In this document: piece after piece, positions 13,301 through 25,386 of the stretch
Numbering within the stretch: position 1 is the first letter of the stretch
How the letters are laid out: each line of letters starts with the position of its first letter
DNA from: Yuukianura sp. NJ FZ-2021
Taxonomy: Eukaryota
Length of the DNA: 64,000 bases
Reading direction: 5' to 3'
Assembly: GCA_046563655.1 (NCBI GenBank)
Contig: CM102285.1
Coordinates: forward strand, 6,944,001-7,008,000
Program-made: the position numbers and the translations under genes
The notes under the pieces: model-generated
Told to the model about the DNA's origin: nothing
Database searches by the model: none
Seen by the model: only the letters and a program-made list of their open reading frames with translations

Positions 13301-15682
13301 CCTCGGATTTTTATCTGACGATTACGGTATTTTTCAACGAGTGACGTCGTAAAAAAATGTCGTGGTAACCTAACAAAGTTTCTGTTCGCACTACCTAGTT
13401 ATTCTTATATTTACCTTGGTTACTTCCATTCTTAATTTTTAGTGCCTTTGTGAACCGATTGTGCAACATGGCTTTACATGCTGGGCTTCAATTGGGGAGC
13501 GCGGAGGATGTCATGGATAATTATTTGACCGTAAGAACATGTCATAGTAAAATAGCAATTTAAAGTAATACTAACAGTAAATTCAATTAATAATTCCCTT
13601 ATTCTAGATCAACGAACCAGCCGACGTTGGAAATGCGTTATAAGAGTTCGCAAAGAGTGGGCTGCACATGACCTTAGTAATCGTGCCTGAAAAAAAACAA
13701 GGTCATGTACGGAACTATCAAGACAGAAGCGGAAATTAAACTGCCTGGAAACGTGGGAAACCATTAAGGCATGTAATGGAAGCCGGATAGTGGAAACTGT
13801 GAATTCAATGTTGTTGTTTGTATTCGGCTTTTCTCCAGGGTATCCTCACCCAGGTTGTACTTGGCGAAACTGTGGAGAAAGTGGTTGACTGCAGAGATGA
13901 TGCAACAGTTCGTAACATACTGTACAAGATCAACTCGAAGTTGGGTGGCACCAACTACTACATGCACTCCAATTACAACAATGGCCAAGGACAACAGTCG
14001 ATTTGGACGAGAATTGACCTTCTCAGGGCCCCTGGTAGGATATTACTCCAATTGGTGTATCAGGAGCAGTTATTCTAATTCATTTATGTGTTATAATTTC
14101 AGTTTTGATAATTGGAGCGGACGTAACACATCCTGGATTTGACTCGAAGGTAGTGTTTAATTTTTATTCGCCTATGAGCGAGTGTAACCTCTATTCGCAC
14201 TTTTTGTTTTCTCAGCCGGAAACCGTTTTTTAAATATATAATTCCGACGAATGCTGACATCTGAATAGGGTTTTGATTCAACTTTGCGTGCTAAGTAACA
14301 TGTGATGTTAATATTTACTGGTTGTGCTAATTATGAAAATGAACACGTGCTTGAATTATTTGTTTTAGTTTCCGAGTTTTCCTGCTGTGACGGCCAGTGT
14401 TGATCGAACTGGAATGCCATTTCAAATGCATATTCAAGCTCAAGCGAAGGCAGGGAAAGGTGCGGCTGAAGTTATTACGGGATTGGCCCAAATTGTGAAA
14501 AACTTCATTATGAATTTCGTTTCGGCAACGAAACATAAGCCTCGCAAGATTATATACTATGTAAGATATCTAAAATATAAAAGTTACATAATGTTGCTTT
14601 ATTAGTTAGTATACAGAATTTGTTCGAAAGCGCAATCAGTAAACTGTTTTTGAATCTTTTTTTATAGCGTGATGGGGTTGGCGATGGCCAGTTTGGCGAG
14701 GTATGTAAAATATTATGCTCATATACAACTCTTAAAATGCGATATTCCAGCCGAATCGCTCCAAATTACAATTTACACAGAATCCGGAATACAGAAATCT
14801 AGATTCCTGGATTTTGAAAAGTATAAACACGAATTATGGTTGAATAGGTTCTGCAAGTCGAAATGATGGCTATCAGAGAAGGATGTCGGCTCGTTGAACA
14901 ATTTCAATCATTTTTTCAGCGATGTGAGCACGACTGCAGAGCTGGCGAAGTGAATTTGGGCGGACGAGCATATGAGCCTAAAATTACGTTCATCGTCGTG
15001 CAGAAGCGGCACAAAGTTCGTTTTTTCCCGGATGATCCAAACGAGGGCGTTGAAATGGTAACTCTAAATTGTACTGCGTGTTTACGCTTTTTACTTTTCC
15101 ATATCGTCATAATAATTTTGTTCTTTCAGATGCAAAATGCTCCACCTGGAACAATTGTCGACAAGGACATTGTCAAAGCTACGATCAGTGACTTTTATTT
15201 GCTTTCGCACACTGGGATTCGGGTGAGTTACACAATTTCACAATCGTTCTCTAAAAATGCATTTCCAGCTACAAAAAATTGTGAGTTACACCTATCAAAA
15301 AATTTGTCCATTTTTTTAGGGAACCAGCCGACCTACGCGCTACCAAGTTTTGTGGGATGATTCGGATTTTTCGCCAGATCAATTGCATTTGTTGACTTAC
15401 TACTTGTGTTACATGTACTGTCGCTGTACGAGATCCGTTTCTTACCCCGCAGCAACATATTACGCACATTTGGGAGCATTACGAGCCAAAAGTTATGCTG
15501 AGACGTTGGAGTACGTTCACTTCGGTCAAATCTTTATTTTGTTGAGATATCGATGCATAATTCAGAATAATTTTTATATTAGTTCCAGCGGTGAAGTCGA
15601 TATATCAGACGTCGCGGAGGTGACCCAACGTATCCAACGTAACCCGCGTTTCCAACGATTCTTCAAAATGCACTTCGTGTGA
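10340..15682 (+). pseudogene. Argonaute (AGO clade, Ago2-like), multi-exon, apparently disabled
   Basis: Domain motifs in order: L1 (GRFSFY...LGAGLAIWKGF), PAZ (VEQYFKTAYKIKLRH...VPAELC), MID (YGTIK, GILTQVV, NILYKINSKLGGTN) and PIWI ([44 protein letters not shown]-terminal MHFV*). Canonical GT-AG introns. Disablements: +1 frameshifts near 11465 and 12030-12065, in-frame TAA at 13641-13643, and an extra A in the run at 13690-13697. Confidence 0.85.
13170..13390. mobile_element. Small inverted-repeat (MITE-like) insertion in an Argonaute intron
   Basis: TGACGTCACTAGTTGAAAAAATACCG (13211-13236) versus CGGTATTTTTCAACGAGTGACGTC (13325-13348). Outer boundaries are approximate. Confidence 0.45.
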
Positions 15683-15995
15683 AACGACAGTCCAGGGGCA
15701 AATCAAAATGTGTCATAATTTTTTTTCTTTAGAGTTATAAGATGCCTAATCATACATTAACTTGTAGTATTTAGTGTAGCACAAACCATTATCAACAATT
15801 TGATCTAATTTGCTTCAATTATCGATTGCTTAGTTTCAATCGTTTTACCACAATTGTTTCCTTTTTACTGAGTAAACATTGTATTCTTTGCTGTCCTGAA
15901 TACGCAGTTGAGCAGTATCACTATCTTTCACTATCCCAAATTCCCAGAGATTTTTCCAGCCAAATCAAAGCAAAGCACAAAGTAGAGCCTAGTTT

Positions 15996-16540
15996 TATTA
16001 AGTAGCGAAAGCTACTTTATGCATCGACCTTGTCTGTGTGGCCGGCCGCCGGCGGCAGTTATCTCGGAAACAGCTCAACATTTCCGGGACCTGTTTTCAC
16101 TAGCGAAAACCGCAGGTCGACTCCTTTCAGGTCAAAGGTCAAGGTCAACAGCTTTCATCCCCGGTAACATGGAAGATGACCTCTACAAAAGTTGTTCTTT
16201 TCGAGCCCAACAACTTTTGTCTACGTCAGATCCTCCCATCTGACTTCCTTCCGGGAATTTACCTCTACACCCCCGGAAAACACACCCTCTCTCCCGGGGA
16301 ACACCCCCCCCCCCCACTCATCCGAGGATACCACTATCACTTCCCCGGGGAGCCCACCACCGCTCACACGGGCAACCCACCCCCAATTCCTCGGGAACCC
16401 ACCCCTACTCCCCCGGTTAACCCACCATTACTCCCTCGGGGAACCCACCACCTCTCTCCCGGAGAACCCATCACCACTCCCGCCGTGTAGAGGGGCACCA
16501 CCTTTCGTTACTTACGTACACCGGCTTACAACCGTTTATT
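15996..16540 (+). mobile_element. Complete Helentron/DINE-like element, family A, with C-rich internal tandem repeats
   Basis: 5' subTIR AAGTAGCGAAAG, 3' inverted copy CTTTCGTTACTT (16502-16513), then a short hairpin CGGCTTACAACCG and a T-rich flank. No TSD. Confidence 0.7.
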
Positions 16541-17127
16541 AATTTTATTTACGTTCAGCCGAACAAGTTTTGCCTGTTTTTACAGCTTGAGCATGCCAGT
16601 TGAATACGACTATTGACCATAGTATAAAAAATAATAGAAGACATATGACATTGATGTCGCAATGACGACTGTCCTAGCTGTGACGTCGCAAAAATTCTAT
16701 ATATGCGTAGTCTCGTGCAACTCAAAGCACGGTTCCAGTGTATCTAGTTACCAGGGTCCAATTCCCGTCTACGTAAGCGAATCTTTTTATCCTGCCATTA
16801 ACACTGATCTTTAAATTCAAAAATCCAGTATAGTGGTCAATTTCTACTGGTGTAAATGAAATGGAGATCAACTGCAAAGATAAATGTAAGAGTATCACAA
16901 ATTTTGTGCATCTACATGTTTCCGCTTTAGCAAAAGCAACTCAACTCAAAATAATCGTTCATTTGTTTCGCCGTTCACTTTGATAATTGCTGTAAGCTTT
17001 TTTTATGTTTATGAAGAGCATATAGTAGTATAAAGATTCTAGGTTTAACAGCAGAAAGAATTGAAAGATTTCCAAAGACGACTGCAAGAATGCGACGCGG
17101 CAGCGATAATGCATTGGCCACAAACTT

Positions 17128-17649
17128 TTACGCGAAGGTCCTAGTTTCCTTATAGCCATTGATTCCAGCTAAAACGTCACAGAATTCATATTAAAAATTG
17201 CGTTTTGAAATCAAGTTATTGTGATCCGATAGTATTATGTACTTGAAGTGTTGTAATTCTTACAAGTGTACTCCACAATCACCTTCTTGTTGTCTGTGTC
17301 AATGTATGTAAATGATCCTTTGACCCCTATGGCTTTATCAGGAAATCCATCAAATGCTTTTTCGAAACGCCCCTCTTGTTGCTGGGACTGCTGTTGATCT
17401 GTTTCATAACTCCACTTGTAATTGCCACTTCCCGGGTTGTCATTTTCACTACGGACAATCTGCGCAGTATTCGAACTTGAACGAGGAGACTGCTGCGGCA
17501 GTCCCGCAACAGTCATAACCAGTAGGGCACTCAAAAATAACTGCAAAGAATTCAGAAAGTTACAAAAGTTAAAAAAATACAACAAAGGGTAAAACAACGT
17601 GCTCTCCATTGATTGTTTGAACAAAGAAACGACGAACCTTTGCAAGCAT
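17128..17649 (-). CDS. Cuticular protein with RR-1 chitin-binding (Rebers-Riddiford) domain; exons 17649-17638, 17540-17264, 17168-17128
   Basis: Four-codon first exon MLAK, signal peptide LFLSALLVMTVAG, and motif YKWSYET...QQEG...VKGSFTYIDTDNKKVIVEYTSGINGY. Splice sites are canonical. Confidence 0.88.
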
Positions 17650-17695
17650 TTTGAAATCTCTTGATTCTTCGGAGTCACTTGAGCGAGGTTAATTT

Positions 17696-17721
17696 GAATT
17701 GAGTATGGCTTGCGTTTTATA
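17696..17721 (-). promoter_or_regulatory. TATA box and initiator-like element of the cuticle gene
   Basis: TATAAAA at 17721-17715 on the minus strand, about 70 bp upstream of the ATG, followed by TCAATT. Confidence 0.5.
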
Positions 17722-18210
17722 AGAATTGGACGCACCACCCACCCCCCACCCCCTGCTGAAATCTATTTGGTGAGGAGACGTAGAATGGTAATAATTATGA
17801 ATTAAGGAGCACTTCCTTTTTTGTGTCCTGCAAGGTTAGGAGATCAAATATTGCAAAAAAAACTTGAAAGGAAGATGCGATCGTTTGGTCTTGATTGGAA
17901 GGTAACCGAGGGAGTGTGAGTGGATGACCTTGCGCAGTTGCTTCCATTCGACACATGGTCAACATTACTCTTGGCAATACCACACCAATTTATGTGATCA
18001 TCACATTGTTATGCTTAACTGGTGATTGTCAACTACAACGAGAATGAGTATTCAAGGGTGTGGTGAGAGTAGTCCAAGTACTGGAAGTATGCCAAACCAA
18101 ATTCACTTTAAAACATAACTATTGTTGAAGTATTGCTCGCGCTCTTAAGACTGAAAGTAGTAATCTGAAACAACGTTAGTTTTTTCTCTTTTTATCACGC
18201 AAATGCTTCT

Positions 18211-18780
18211 ACAGTTAACTTTCACTTTCACCAATAGTTAACTATGATAATTCCTTATGGCATTAGAAGTTAGGCTATAAAAAACCTGAAATTTTTCAAT
18301 TTTTTATAAATTATAAAAAACTGAAAAATTTTAGGTTTAACAAACATTACAAACATTTTAACACCGTTCAAGGGGCCATTTCTGAGGGATTCCATGCTTC
18401 CATAGTTAACTTTCACTTTCACCAATAGTTAACTATGATAATTCCTTATGGCATTAGAAGTTAGGCTATAAAAAACCTGAAATTTTTCAATTTTTTATAA
18501 ATTATAAAAAACTGAAAAATTTTAGGTTTAACAAACATTACAAACATTTTAACACCGTTCAAGGGGCCATTTCTGAGGGATTCCATGCTTCCATAGTTAA
18601 CTTCCACTTTCACCAATAGTTAACTATGATAATTCCTTATGGCATTAGAAGTTAGGCTATAAAAAACCTGAAATTTTTCAATTTTTTATACTTTATAAAA
18701 AATTGAAAAATTTCAGGTTTAACAAACATTACAAACATTTTAACAACGTTCAAGAGGCCATTTCTGAGAGATTCCATGCT
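18211..18780. repeat. Tandem repeat, 3 x 191 bp
   Basis: Near-identical units start at 18211, 18402 and 18593. Each carries an AT-rich palindrome AAACCTGAAATTTTTCA...TGAAAAATTTYAGGTTT. Confidence 0.9.
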
Positions 18781-18899
18781 ATTAGGTCAAAAAAAATTAG
18801 GTAGGCAGAATTGACATCAGCAGAAAAAACCCGTAACATTGAAATGTTTTAAAGTGAACAATTATCTCATTTCTTATTGCTACTTACGGGTCAGTCAAC

Positions 18900-19032
18900 T
18901 ATCCGAAGTGTCCAAATGTTAGTATTATCTTTTATCTCCCTGCGTAACTTCTCCATCTCACACCATTGAGTTTTTGGAACTCATGAGTTTGGTCTAGAGA
19001 TGGATGATACTAACATTTGGAACACCCGATAT
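18900..19032. mobile_element. Short degenerate MITE
   Basis: GTGTCCAAATGTTAGTATTATC versus GATGATACTAACATTTGGAACAC inverted ends. Confidence 0.45.
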
Positions 19033-22000
19033 ATGGGTAGAGGTGAATTGAAATCTACGTATCCAGCGTTAAGCCATGTAACATGTTTCAGTCATGCATT
19101 ACATTTACTCGCAAGGACGGGCTGACTTTTCGTGTGTCGAAACGCTTTATGATTTTTTCTTCGGAATATCCCCGTCCCGTATTCTTAAATTCACTGACAG
19201 ATGCAGGAAATTGACTACAGAAAACTTGGAAATGGATGTTTCCAAGTTTTCTGTAGTCAATTTCCACTCGTTTTATGCAAACTAGCCTGTTTAGTTTCTC
19301 AAAATATCTGAAGTATTATAAATATTTTGAAATTTCAGTAAATATTTACATCAATATTTTGGGGTTTTGATAGTAAATGTTAAATAAATATTTCCGGTGT
19401 TGATAGTAAATATTTTTTCAATGTATACTAATCAATAAGTAGAAACTAGAATTTAACTGCAAATGGTGTAGTAATGACGGATGTCTCTAGAGTCCTGAAC
19501 TTACGCAGCTGGTTTGAGGTTGGTATCTGGTGTAGGCTTTGTGTATAACTAGTTGCCCCTTCTCCGAGAAGAGAGGGAGGCACTGTTTTGTTAAAGCCGC
19601 AGTGTCAAAAACACTTTTTCCATTAGGAAGGATTATATACAAAATTTAAAAAAAAAACTGATAACTTCTATGTTAACGGCGCATGAAATGGTATAGGACA
19701 AACTCCATAAGAAAGTACTATACTCGCTGCGATTTGGCTGAAACTACCAGTTGTTGTAGCTAGTATGGGGGTAGGTTTTAAGGTTAGGGAAGCTAAACTT
19801 TCAGGTTTCTCCAATTTCTAGGTCACAAGAAATATGTGGTCAAAGGTCATCACGTGAACCTATGAATACCACCTTTATGTAGGATATTGTTGGAAAGGTA
19901 TTTAGATCCTGATTTCGGAAAATACATATAGCGTGTTGCTAATTCTAACCTTTCGTTTGATAATAGTATTTCTTCATTTAGTGTTTGATAAAATTTGGTA
20001 GAATTGAGTTACGTTTGTTTCCTTTGGAAAGTCAAGTTATACTTATTGTCCAGTTTTCTTTTAAGCCACAGTGGCTTGGCTGCCTAAGTGCCAAATAGCC
20101 TCAGGGGAAATATCGAAGAACTAGCAGGAAATGACCTCTGAGATAAGAATATTTCGCTGCTCAAAATTCAAGACAACGACACTACAGACAATATTTTTCT
20201 CTGTCCAGCAACTTGACAGGTTTGTCCCGCTGGTGATATTCTTTAAAAAATACTACTTGAGCTTGTCTTGAAAACCCTAAACGACCGTGACATTTCATAT
20301 GAAAGCTAAGGTCATGACGCAATTTGAATCGTCCTTCCGTAACCATTTTTAAATAGATTTCAAAAACAAAATAACGCAGCGTTCCTGTACTTCCTGATCT
20401 GAATTTGAACTAGAGTTGCATGAGTAACTGAATAGTTCATTACGTTTAATATGTATGATTTCTAAACGCGGAAATATACTGTTGGATAATTAGTTATACT
20501 TTCTTTAAGGTCTAGGATTAAACAGTTCCTACCTAAACAAACCGACAATAAATTATAATGTATAAAATAATTATTTTATTAATACTAATAATACCGCTAA
20601 CAGCAAAAGTGGCGGCAAATTCTACAATAACGTAATATTTGATTTAAAAAAGAAACGATCGCCAAGGAACCTTTTGGACACCCTTGAATTTCCCTATTTC
20701 AATACACTGGAGGTATAATTCCAATACACAAAATTTGAACAAAAGGAGCGAACAAATTTATATTATACGAAGTAAGAGTTTACAGGTAGCTGGCTCCCAA
20801 TTTCCAACTTTTTTTTTGATAATTTGAAACAGATTTGAAAGTGGTGGAAACTGTGAAGTGGTATTGGTAAACAGGATTTTACGGAAGTGAAAGGAAACTC
20901 TCGGCAGAACTGGAAGCACTGGGATGGAAGCTGCTCAAAAGTGTTTTCGCAAGAACGTGGAAGAAGAGCAAAGAAATGAATTAGAAACATCTTGAATTTG
21001 ATTAAAAATTTAATTTAAGAACTAAAATGTCGCAAAACGAATTGAGAGACTGTGGGACTACTTCCCATGAGCTATTCTGCTCAGTTGTCACGGTGAAAGC
21101 GGAAGCAAAAGTTCCGCCAAAAGGATGTGATGATGCTCTCCGCACAGACTAATGAAATTAGTTGAACAACTAAAACTAAAACACACTACTAACCACAGCC
21201 ACAAAAATTTAAAAATCAAACAAGAAAAAAAAATAACATTGTTTCGTGAAAACCGTAAATTATGGTTGGATAATTTAATTTCCCCTGTGTGGTAGCATTA
21301 TACAGTCGATGAAAATACGTACAGAAACTAATCGGTAGCAAAGTTAAAAGAAATTCCTTCAAAGCGTTGTCATTAATTTTAGCTTTTCAAGCAGCTTCAA
21401 AACACCAAGTTCAGTTTTTCATCGGTCAGATTTGAAAAAAATATATCATCTTAATTCACACTTCCAAACATGAAGGGTGGGGTTTTTCATATTGCGCGCA
21501 AAATTTCAAATTGGTTGGAATGAGGCATTGGGCAGAAAATTCTGCGGACTTGGCAACTTTCGCCTCATTACTTCCCAGGGCAAGTGCTTTCTCAAGTAAC
21601 AAGTTTCGTCTGCGCTCCAGCAGAGCACTCCTGCAGAAGCTGGAGAAAGTGCAGCAGATACGCGGCGCGTTTGAAAGTTGGCGGGGAAAGCAAAGGCTGT
21701 TAAGCGAACAAGGGGGATCTCTAACGGATCCACCTACGCTTTCTAAATCAAGTGGAACTAAAATCTAACTAAAGAACTAAAATCTTGCGGCGACGCACAC
21801 GTTAGAGAATCGCAAGGAGAAAGGGATTTTGAAGTGAAAGTTGATCACATCCAAAGTCAGTGTCAAATCAGCTTTTCAGAAGACTGGAGCCACCGACTGT
21901 TCCAAAAACCACCTAATGTCATTGTTTCAACGATTCAAAAAATAAGCTTGAAAAGTAAAATTTGGCACTGCACTGAAATATTGTAGACCTGTGTTGGTGG

Positions 22001-22474
22001 TGCTAGACGGAAAGTTGGAATCAATAAGAGCTACAAGGTTTCAGGCTTGTCACAAAACCAAGTGTGGTGTGGTAGTAACCGTTATGCAGACAGTGAAATT
22101 TTAACTTTTTGACGTTTGCGAAACCGCTATTAGTTCTGTGGTTGCAGACTATGGACAGCGAAAAACCTTTGTACTCGGCTCGAATGCGATGATTCGATTT
22201 CGACTAAATTAGCTAAATTGAATTTCAATTCCATTTTGGATTTCATATTCAATTTTAAAAACTTGGCTTCAAATTAACCAAAGGTAACATAGTCACTCCC
22301 GAAATTTATTTGCAAGGACGCTGGACAGTGATTAGAAGAACCCTTGAACAAAAATATGTATTATGTCACTCACGCAGCTGGACTGGTGTCTTCACTTAGT
22401 TTAATATCAATATTTCAACAGAAAACCAAGGCAAACGCTGGAAGTTTTTCTTTTTCAAGAAATAGGATTTGCAG

Positions 22475-25386
22475 ATGAATATGAATATCCATTTGAGCAA
22501 ATCCTGGGTCCTTTCTATTTACTTTTTATTTAACGGTAAGTTTCCCCTCTAATGGTAAGTGAATCTAAGACAATTCAATTTAACTGCGTAATAGATGTTT
22601 GTTGGTAAAACTGAAACCTTAATTTGAACTTTGAACTTTGGAATTTATTGCTTGTAAAGGTCATACCTACGTTGCAATTAGAAGAAGATAACGCTTAAAT
22701 TTGTGGGTACAAGCTGAAATGGCCGTTTGGAGTTACTCCCAGAACAGACACTTTCTTTACTTTCACCATGCACCACTCCCATTAATCTTCATAACTTTGA
22801 CGACTTTCTTATCCCACAACTTCATACTAGGATTAGTCATAGGCAGAGTACTCTAGTACATGAAACTTCAGTTTTGGATCACATATACATAGGATCATTA
22901 AACTATTAACTAGTAGGAATTTGCGGCTTGAAATTGAATGGGCACAAAAAGGCGGGCTTTTGAGTCTGATTTTGAATTAGAGTATAAGAGAAAGTAAACA
23001 AAGCGAATTTGTGAATATGCGATCAATGCAATGTGAAACTTTGAGTACTTAGATGCATTCAGCCAATTCAGCGTCAATAATGTATCGTAAATCATGAAAA
23101 GTTAAAAAAAACAACAGAAGCGATGATCCGACCTTTCGATCAAGAGAATTTCAATTTTCCGTTCTTCATTAATTATAAATCATTAATACAAAGTTAAAAT
23201 TATTGTGAGTTTCTTCTTCAAGACTTTGAATTGTAAATTACAGAGGTGTTTGTACTTGGTTTTCGGCTGGAGGAAGTAGTTGTTCCCCTGACTGGAGTAT
23301 TCGGGGAGTCGGTGACACTGCGATGTGACTTTGATATTGAAGTTGACCAACTGCTGTCCGTTAAGTGGTATAAAGATGACTACGAATTCTTCAGCTACTC
23401 TCCCAACAGAGCACTCCCCAGCCAGCGTTTCCAAGTCCCAGGAGTATTCGTCCAGGTAGAACTAATTTAACATAACTGCACAGTCATTCGTCTGTGACAT
23501 TTACCTGACCTTACGTTATCTTCTAGAGTAACGCCACAATGAATAGAATAACTCTTACTAATCTGACACTGCAGTCCAGTGGGAACTACAAATGCGAAGT
23601 CTCAGCAGAACGCCCTTCCTATCGCACTTTGTCCAGAGATGGCAATCTAACAATCGTTGGTTAGCTTCATTTTAACAATTTTTGGCCCATTTTTAAATTT
23701 TATTTTGTTGCTGTTAATTAACAAAATTTCAGTTCCACCGTATCCGGAGACCCCACGCCTCAACTATATTCCATCCACCGTTCGAATGGGTGAAACAATC
23801 AGTGGGAATTGCACGTCTTTCAGAAGTAGTCCTCCCGCTACACTTACTTTCTATATCAACAGCCACAAGGTAGCACGTCCGCCGCATCATTTCAGTAAAC
23901 CACTTTACACTTTCTAAGAACTTTCACCTTAGCACCCCTGCCTTTCCGGCGAAGCACCGCGATCCCAAAAGATTTAAAAGTAACAATCACGTTTTGGCGG
24001 TTTCAATTTTATTTTTGTGTTTCTTTTCTGTACCATACGGTTGCACTTGTTTCACAATTTAGTTATACTTTTGAACTTGGTTTTTTATATGAACCACACG
24101 CTTTGTGTATTGTCTAATATCTAGTAGTACGTGACTACGATACTGGGTTGGCTGAAGTTAACCAGGAACGCAAACGCTTCTTTCCTTCCGTTTGTCTAAT
24201 GGCCAGTTCTACCATTGCAGGTTAAAGTTAAACGGAGTTTAGTGCAAACTAGTTCCACCTTTAAACTCAATTAACTTCATTATGCGTCAATTAATTTTGA
24301 CATCCAAGGTATCAAAATTCTTGTATTCCTCCGCCGGTTAAAGTCCGGTTAAAAACCGGCCGATTTTCTCCAGTTAAATTTTTAATCTCCGGTTAAATAT
24401 TTAAACTCCGCTAAAACTTAACCTGCAATGGACAAACTGGGCATAAGTGGCAATGATCAGTTAAAAAAAGCCTGCTTAAACCAACAAAGAATATTAAACA
24501 AAATTGTAGCCTAACCAAAAATTTCCAAACTTTTTTGAGCTAATTCATGAGTTTAAGAATCTGTTTTATTTTTGTAGGTTGATAGTCCAGAAGTGATAAC
24601 TTATGTTCCAGAGGGTGACAACTGGGTACGCAAAGATGAGTTAATGGAACTTTACACTTCAACGCTGGGTTTGAAGTTTACGGTGGGGAACGAACACTTC
24701 CGTCAAGGGGTCATCAAGGTCAAATGTTCAGCCAAGGTGGGTAACCTGACCAAAGTGTACTCAACGGAGGTTACAATCAAGCACCAGAACTATCCAGACA
24801 CTTTTACTGGGATCGGATATACTCAAAAACCGAATTCAAGTAGTAAGCTTGTCAATTCTTATAATACTATCAAGTAGCAAAACTCAAATAGTATAAAATT
24901 ACGATTAAAATTTAACTTTAAAATTTAAAACTTAACGATTAAAATATGACTGTTCAGTCGTTGAAACGTTAGAAAAGTAATAAGGAAATTAACGTCACCG
25001 TTAAAATTCACGCATATCTGGAGTATAACTCTCCAAAGTGGCATAGCTTATTGTAAATTGAACAATATCTCAATTTCTTAAGGCTTGTGAAAAATGTGCA
25101 TAATAAATTTGAAATATGTAAAGCTTCAAAAACAATAGGAAGTTGATGCTCAAACAAAATTTGGTAAAAAAGCTGCTCTTGCTTAAAATCTGTTTTTGTT
25201 TTTGAACAAAATACATTTTCTTTCCAAAGTCGGAACATTTTAGGTCAGGATTATGTTAGATTTTAAGTAAGACTTTTTGAATGTCGTCTAATTAAGTTTT
25301 TTGTGTTTCTAGGTATGGAAGCTGAAGTGAGCGGCTACATCGTTCTACTCTCCCTCTTCGCTTGGATTACTTCCAGAAAGGTTTAA
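22475..25386 (+). CDS. Beat (beaten path)-like two-Ig-domain cell-surface protein; exons about 22475-22535, 23244-23455, 23527-23659, 23733-23869, 24578-24842, 25313-25386
   Basis: Signal-peptide exon; V-type Ig motifs VTLRCDFDIE..LLSVKWYKDDYEFFSY and SGNYKCEVSAERPSY; second Ig NCTSFRSSPPATLTFYIN...LGLKF...IKVKCSAKV; hydrophobic C-terminal tail. All introns are GT-AG with compatible phases. Confidence 0.85.
24200..24443. mobile_element. PIF/Harbinger (Tourist-like) MITE in a Beat intron
   Basis: taa|TGGCCAGTTCTACCATTGCAGGTTAA ... TTAACCTGCAATGGACAAACTGGGCA|taa, with a 3-bp TAA TSD. Confidence 0.75.

Noticed and set aside
11207..15682. Prokaryotic Argonaute defence system
   Set aside because: The gene has spliceosomal introns and eukaryotic AGO-clade motifs, and there are no operonic partners.
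16176..16542. Proline-rich ORFs
   Set aside because: They arise from the C-rich tandem interior of a Helentron-like element.
20830..21770. Coding-like fragments on the plus strand
   Set aside because: They are interrupted by stops, have no recognisable motif and give no consistent exon chain.
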